Positions 47,997-52,855 of a stretch of 52,855 nucleotides of DNA are shown in pieces. Origin of the DNA: Eubacteriales bacterium (GTDB taxonomy: Bacteria > Bacillota > Clostridia > Oscillospirales > CAG-272); NCBI GenBank assembly GCA_045638805.1, contig JAZUBZ010000045.1:1-52855 (forward strand), in the 5' to 3' direction. The notes under the pieces are model-generated. The model saw only the letters and a program-made list of their open reading frames with translations. It had not been told where the DNA came from and did no database searches. How positions within the stretch are numbered: the stretch's first letter is position 1; each line of letters opens with the position of its first letter. The position numbers and the translations under genes were made by a program.

Positions 47997-48812
47997 ATGG
48001 AAAACATCAAGCTTTGGGAGAAAAATACTCCCTTTTACGATCCCTCATTCGGTCAGCCCGAAACAGAAATGACCCCTTACATCGTACCCGAGACCCGTGA
48101 CGAAAACGGAAACGTCAAGAAGACCGGTTGCGTTATCGTTGCCCCCGGCGGAGGATACACACATACAGAGCCTCGCGAGGGAGGTCCCGTTGCCGAAATG
48201 CTTAACGAGGTCGGCATCTCCGCATTCGTACTTCATTACCGCTTTGAGCCCTACGATTACAAGGCAATCGTTGAGGACATCAAGCGTGCGGTAAGATGGG
48301 TGCGTTACAACGCAGACAAGTACAACATAGATCCCGATAAGATCGCAACAATGGGATTCTCCGCAGGCGGTCACCTTTCCGGACTGTCCGCTACCCTCTT
48401 CGACTACGGACGTGAGGATGGCGACGAGATCGACCGAGTTTCTTGCAGGCCCGACGCTGCTATTCTGTGCTACGCTGTTCTTACGATGAATCTTGACATT
48501 GGTGACGACATCTCCCGCGGTGTATTCATCGGTGATGCTGAAGCAGGCGGCGAATTGGAGCGTATCCACTCTCCTTACTATAACGTAAGAGAAGATACAC
48601 CTCCCGTGCTTATGTGGCACACCAGTGCAGACCCCATAGTTCCCGTTGAAAACGTGCTCAGAATGTCAACTGCTCTTTCCGCAAAGAAGATTCCCTTTGA
48701 GCTTCACGTATTCCCCGAAGGCGCACACGGTCTTTCCCTTGCAAAGGACATTCCCGGCACCTGTCAGTGGCCGCCTCTCGTACAGAACTGGCTGAAGAGA
48801 CAGGGATTCTGA
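47997..48812 (+). CDS. Alpha/beta hydrolase, copy 4
   Basis: PGGGY, GFSAGGH, ADPIV, GAHGLS. Confidence 0.9.
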   Translation: MENIKLWEKNTPFYDPSFGQPETEMTPYIVPETRDENGNVKKTGCVIVAPGGGYTHTEPREGGPVAEMLNEVGISAFVLHYRFEPYDYKAIVEDIKRAVRWVRYNADKYNIDPDKIATMGFSAGGHLSGLSATLFDYGREDGDEIDRVSCRPDAAILCYAVLTMNLDIGDDISRGVFIGDAEAGGELERIHSPYYNVREDTPPVLMWHTSADPIVPVENVLRMSTALSAKKIPFELHVFPEGAHGLSLAKDIPGTCQWPPLVQNWLKRQGF

Positions 48813-48816
48813 TCTT

Positions 48817-50112
48817 ATGGTTAAAACTGCTGAAATAATTTCGGTAGGAACAGAGCTTCTCCTCGGTGATATTGTAAATACGGACGCAGCGTTTATCTCG
48901 AAGAGGCTTGCTGAGGTAGGAGTTCCACTTTACCACCAAACGGTGGTGGGAGACAATGCCGCAAGACTTGAAAATGCGCTCCGCGATTCCCTCTCACGAG
49001 CTGATATCGTTATCATGACGGGCGGTCTCGGTCCCACCTGCGACGATATTACGAAAACTATCGTGTCGGCGGTATTTGACGCGCCTCTCGTAATGAACGA
49101 GGATGCGGCCAGATCCATTCAAGCATATTTCGACGATATGGGACGGGTGATGACGGAGAACAATCTGTCACAGGCAATGCTTCCCGAGGGCTCGATAATG
49201 CTTGAAAACCACCACGGTACTGCCCCCGGTGTACGTCTTAACGGACACGTCAGCGGTATTGACGGTGAAAAATGTGTCATCATGCTTCCGGGTCCTCCCC
49301 GTGAGCTTGAGCCTATGTGGAACGAGTCGGTAATGCCGTATCTCAGAGATATTTCGCCCTACACCTTCTACAGTCTTAATTTGCACCTTTACGGCATCGG
49401 CGAATCTGCGGCTGAGACGGTGCTCCGCGACATAATGAATTCCTCGGATAATCCGACGGTAGCTCCCTACGCCTGCGAGGCTGAGGTGAGAGTCCGCATA
49501 ACTGCAAGAGCAGATACACTTGAAGAATGTAAAAACGTATGTCGCGCGATGTCCGACAGGATCCGTGCAACAGAGATCGGCAGATACGTATTTGCCGAAA
49601 GCACATCGGACGACGAGACCTCGGAGGTGCTGGTAAGACGGCTCATCGAGCTTCTTCGCAAAAACTCTCTCACCGTAGCAACTGCTGAAAGCTGTACCTC
49701 GGGAATGATAGCATCCCGAATCGGAGACATCCCCGGTTGCTCCGACGTGCTCCATGGCGGAGTCGTGTCATACTCTAACGACGTGAAGATGAACGTGCTC
49801 GGCGTGTCTGCTGACGTGCTTGAAAAGCACGGTGCCGTCTCTGAAGAATGTGCCGCCATGATGGCGGAAGGTGTACGCCTGGTGACGGGTGCTGACATTG
49901 CCGTATCTGTTACGGGCATTGCCGGTCCCGGCGGAGGCACTGCAGAAAAGCCCGTAGGCACAGTTTGCTTCGGTGTGGCCGACAGCTTCGGATGCGTCAC
50001 GTCAACGGAGCACTTCGGCTCAATGAAGGACAGAGGCAAGATACGCAGACTTACAACGTCAGCGGCGATCATGAAGCTTATTAAAAGAATTTCCGAAAAT
50101 TATCGCACATAA
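48817..50112 (+). CDS. cinA: Competence/damage-inducible protein CinA (with NMN deamidase domain)
   Basis: AEIISVGTELLLG, GGLGPT.DDIT, LPGPP.E, AESCT.G, TGIAGPGGGT.EKPVG. Confidence 0.95.
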   Translation: MVKTAEIISVGTELLLGDIVNTDAAFISKRLAEVGVPLYHQTVVGDNAARLENALRDSLSRADIVIMTGGLGPTCDDITKTIVSAVFDAPLVMNEDAARSIQAYFDDMGRVMTENNLSQAMLPEGSIMLENHHGTAPGVRLNGHVSGIDGEKCVIMLPGPPRELEPMWNESVMPYLRDISPYTFYSLNLHLYGIGESAAETVLRDIMNSSDNPTVAPYACEAEVRVRITARADTLEECKNVCRAMSDRIRATEIGRYVFAESTSDDETSEVLVRRLIELLRKNSLTVATAESCTSGMIASRIGDIPGCSDVLHGGVVSYSNDVKMNVLGVSADVLEKHGAVSEECAAMMAEGVRLVTGADIAVSVTGIAGPGGGTAEKPVGTVCFGVADSFGCVTSTEHFGSMKDRGKIRRLTTSAAIMKLIKRISENYRT

Positions 50113-50204
50113 CTCTTCAAAAAAGGAAGATTTTGTGTTATAATTAATAGAGTACAAAAACTGGGTGGAAAACTGCCCTATTACAAATAAGGAGAATTAA
50201 ACCA

Positions 50205-51068
50205 ATGAACAAGTTAACTGATTCTTTCGTTCTTTCCAACGGCGTTAAGGTTCCCTGCATCGGCTACGGAACATACCTCGCTCCCAACGGTGAAGTTACC
50301 AAGAATGCCGTTTTAGAGGCTCTTAAGGTTGGCTACCGCCACGTTGACACCGCATTTGCATACGGCAACGAAACTGCTGTAGGCGAGGGCATCAAGGCTT
50401 CCGGCATCGCAAGAGACGAGATCTTCGTAACAACCAAGCACTGGGTAACCATGCGTGGCTACGAAAAGGCTACAGAGGCTATCGACATCTCTCTCAAGAA
50501 CCTCGGTCTTGACTACCTCGACCTTTACCTCATTCACTGGCCTTGCGTAGAAAAGGTTTCCCCCGATTGGAAGGAGATCAACGCAGGTACATGGAAGGCA
50601 TTTGAGGATGCATACAAGAGCGGTAAGATCCGCGCTATCGGTGTTTCCAACTTCCAGAAGAAGCACTATGACGCACTCGCTGAGATGTGCGAGATCAAGC
50701 CCATGGTAAACCAGATCGAGTTCCACCCCGGTTACACTCAGATGGATACCGTAAACTACTCCAAGGAGCAGGGCATGCTCGTTCAGGCGTTCAGCCCCCT
50801 CGGATGCGGCGCAGTTCTCTCCGACGCTACACTTGCAGAGATCGCTGCAAAGTACGGCAAGAGCGTAGCTCAGGTTTGCCTCAGATTCGTTCTTCAGTCC
50901 GGACTCAACGTACTCACCAAGTCTGTAACTCCCTCAAGAATTCTTGAGAACACACAGATCTTTGACTTTGAGCTTTCCGCTGAGGATATGGCTACCATCG
51001 CTGCTATGCCCGAGCTTGGCTTCACAGGCTGGCTCCCCGAAAACGCACCTGCAGACGCTATCGCGTAA
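50205..51068 (+). CDS. Aldo/keto reductase
   Basis: GYRHVDTA..Y.NE, LDYLDLYLIHWP, IGVSNF, NQIEFHP. Confidence 0.95.
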   Translation: MNKLTDSFVLSNGVKVPCIGYGTYLAPNGEVTKNAVLEALKVGYRHVDTAFAYGNETAVGEGIKASGIARDEIFVTTKHWVTMRGYEKATEAIDISLKNLGLDYLDLYLIHWPCVEKVSPDWKEINAGTWKAFEDAYKSGKIRAIGVSNFQKKHYDALAEMCEIKPMVNQIEFHPGYTQMDTVNYSKEQGMLVQAFSPLGCGAVLSDATLAEIAAKYGKSVAQVCLRFVLQSGLNVLTKSVTPSRILENTQIFDFELSAEDMATIAAMPELGFTGWLPENAPADAIA

Positions 51069-51083
51069 GTTAAGTTAATAAGT

Positions 51084-51332
51084 AAAGGAGTACGAACAAA
51101 ATTGTTCGTACTCCTTTTTTGTGGCTCTTGTATACATTAATTTTGCAATGTAGTACTCTGTAAAAACTAAAACTTTACTTTTTTCCATAGGCTCTCACTA
51201 TGGGAGAGCTGTCGCTACACTTTGCCAAAGGTAAATGAGCTCGCGACTGAGAGGGCAATTTTAGGCTCCACCCTCTGGTACGAACATATTCGCTTCGTGA
51301 AGTGTAGTACCACCTCTCTCGGAGGGCGAGGC
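51084..51332 (+). repeat. Long direct repeat, left copy: GGAGTACGAAC hairpin + AT-rich spacer + REP-like palindromic element (51190-51332)
   Basis: 51084-51315 aligns colinearly with 52622-52855. The opening hairpin also serves as the AKR terminator. Confidence 0.92.
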
Positions 51333-51408
51333 ATTTTTTTAGATTTGCTGTTTATAAAGTTTTAGCTGAAATAAAGTACTACGGCGCCCTAGGCAATCGA
51401 ATATTTGG

Positions 51409-51888
51409 CTACAGCCATTCTGTAGGTTCGGCAAGGTTGATTACCGTCTTACCTTGCTTAATAGCGTATTGAACAGTTTGCCAAGCACCGCCATGTTGTC
51501 TCTCGATACAGCAGATAATCAAATCAGCACGGTCTACCATTTCGCGGTTGCGTATTTTAATAGCTGCTTTCGGGTAGACTTTCGATGCTTCGTAAGAAAT
51601 CTCCACATTACTGTAGTAGTTATGGTATGCTTCTTTGTTGTTACGGTACTCAGCTCTCAAATACGGCAGTACAAGCACGAGAGAGCTGTTATCGTCCTTG
51701 TACCGCTTTCGTACCCGAAGTACCGCAGAAGAAGCAAACTGATCGAACTCTCCGTCACGCCCTACAAGAAAATTCACATATTCCTTTTCCGACAGTAAAC
51801 GGTATATATGTTCCTCCAACCGCTCCTCTACCCTGAACGGATTGTCAATGTACCGATGTCCAAAGAATGCTACTGTAAAAATATCCAT
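51409..51888 (-). CDS. SLOG-superfamily (YpsA/DUF1273-like) protein
   Basis: VAFFGHR, G..GEFD, LVLPY, RNREMVDRAD, GGAWQTVQYA..GK.VINL; AAGGAG RBS. Confidence 0.8.
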   Translation of the reverse strand: MDIFTVAFFGHRYIDNPFRVEERLEEHIYRLLSEKEYVNFLVGRDGEFDQFASSAVLRVRKRYKDDNSSLVLVLPYLRAEYRNNKEAYHNYYSNVEISYEASKVYPKAAIKIRNREMVDRADLIICCIERQHGGAWQTVQYAIKQGKTVINLAEPTEWL

Positions 51889-51902
51889 ATGTCACTCCTT
51901 GC

Positions 51903-52048
51903 AAAATACCCACCGAACGTTTATCTGTTCGGTGGGTTATTCTAATGACTCAGCTATCCGTTTGGTTCCGACTTCGAAGAGCCACGGCCTTACTCCGCAA
52001 AGGATGGGGATATACCTTCTCACAAGGCAGATGCCCTAAATTATCATG
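51903..52048 (-). ncRNA. Candidate structured leader RNA/sRNA followed by an intrinsic terminator
   Basis: Several short helices folded by eye, then ACCCACCGAAC..GTTCGGTGGGT-ATTTT immediately before the SLOG RBS. Confidence 0.45.
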
Positions 52049-52089
52049 TGTATAGCGGTCATTTAGAACCGTGTTTTACTGTTTTTTGC

Positions 52090-52156
52090 ATACTATAAGC
52101 ACAATTATTACATCTATAAGTGTTTATAGTATAGCATATAATCGAAACAATATCAA
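52090..52156 (-). promoter_or_regulatory. sigmaA promoter with overlapping palindromic operators
   Basis: Minus strand TTGATA-N17-TATACT with TG extension; inverted repeats TACTATAAGCAC/GTGTTTATAGTA and CTATAA-gtgt-TTATAG lie at and downstream of the start site. Confidence 0.65.
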
Positions 52157-52222
52157 TAGTCTGTGGAATATTAGTTTCGATATTTATAGACTATTAGTAG
52201 TGTGATAAGGATGGGTAATACT

Positions 52223-52561
52223 ATGAGTAATATTACAAAAGCTGTTGGACAGCGTATCAGAAACTACAGAACGAAAAAGGGTCTCAGCCAAGAAAAGCTC
52301 GCAGAGATTTCCGGTTGTCATCCGACCTACATCGGACAACTTGAGCGTGGCGAAAAGAACGCAACTATTGAAAGCATCGAACGAATCACCGCCGCACTTG
52401 GTATTTCTCTTTCAAAGTTATTTGAGAAATTAGGCGGACAGGATGACGTTGAAAATGATATTCCTCTCGCTTGCTATGAGTTACTCTCTGCCAAGTCCAA
52501 GGGAGAACAGGAACAGCTATACAAAATTTTGCTTGAGATGGACAAGTACAAGGCTAACTGA
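52223..52561 (+). CDS. XRE-family HTH transcriptional regulator (C-protein-like)
   Basis: VGQRIRNYR..KGLSQEKLAE.SG.HPTYIGQLERGEKNAT. Confidence 0.92.
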   Translation: MSNITKAVGQRIRNYRTKKGLSQEKLAEISGCHPTYIGQLERGEKNATIESIERITAALGISLSKLFEKLGGQDDVENDIPLACYELLSAKSKGEQEQLYKILLEMDKYKAN

Positions 52562-52577
52562 CATCTATGACAGAAAA

Positions 52578-52609
52578 AGGACCACCGGCTAAGCTAAGCT
52601 GGTGGTTTT
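52578..52609 (+). terminator. Terminator of the XRE gene
   Basis: ACCACCGGCT-aagcta-AGCTGGTGGT-TTT. Confidence 0.7.
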
Positions 52610-52621
52610 CTTATATCAACC

Positions 52622-52855
52622 AAAGGAGTACGAGAGGTTTTGTTCGTACTCCTTTTTGTCATTCTTGTATACAGTAATTTTTGTAATGTACTACCCTGTA
52701 AACACTAAAAATTTACTTTTTTTCATAGGCTCTCACTATGGGAGAGCTGTCGCTGCACTTTGCCAAAGGTAAATGTGCTCGCGACTGAGAGGGCAATTTT
52801 AGGCTCCCCCCTCTCCGGTACGAACACATTCGCTTAGCGAAGTGTAGTACCACCT
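52622..52855 (+). repeat. Long direct repeat, right copy (truncated by the window end)
   Basis: Colinear, slightly diverged copy of 51084-51315. Confidence 0.92.

Noticed and set aside
45464-48812. Diversity-generating retroelement or invertible shufflon acting on the esterases
   Set aside because: No reverse transcriptase or invertase, no adenine-specific TR/VR pattern, and all copies are complete and co-oriented.
51842-52039. 65-aa plus-strand ORF across the SLOG leader
   Set aside because: TTG start antisense within the SLOG gene, no RBS, and it crosses a terminator hairpin.
51084-52855. Composite transposon or prophage att duplication
   Set aside because: The repeats encode no transposase, are long and diverged rather than short and identical, and no integrase or phage genes lie inside.

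Overview
A 52.9-kb chromosomal segment from a mid-GC Clostridia-type Firmicute (inferred from gene order, SLH protein and sigmaA promoters). The core is housekeeping. The minus strand carries infC-rpmI-rplT with an L20 leader, then a TrmH methylase, dprA, topA, trmFO, plsX, rnc, a radical SAM gene, smc, ftsY, rdgB, yhbY, nadD, yqeK, two LCP genes, rsfS, leuS and rpsU. The plus strand carries dCMP deaminase, LMW-PTP, rimI, tsaD, a DnaD-like/DnaC-like pair, metabolic genes, four tandem esterases, cinA and an aldo-keto reductase. There are three accessory zones (about 2-10 kb, 39.5-41.8 kb and 51.1-52.9 kb). They hold ECF sigma/anti-sigma pairs, an SLH protein, a long ECF sigma, and a SLOG/XRE cassette, and they are rich in palindromic non-coding elements. 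The most notable signals are: (i) gene cassettes bracketed by direct repeats that begin with terminator-like hairpins, with no integrase in view; (ii) a promoter-driven, apparently structured leader RNA ending in a terminator upstream of a SLOG gene; (iii) two families of REP-like elements; (iv) a DnaA-box cluster upstream of dnaD-like/dnaC-like; (v) a mosaic four-gene esterase array. No rRNA, tRNA, CRISPR array, transposase or integrase was seen. All family calls come from motif recognition by eye, not from database searches.
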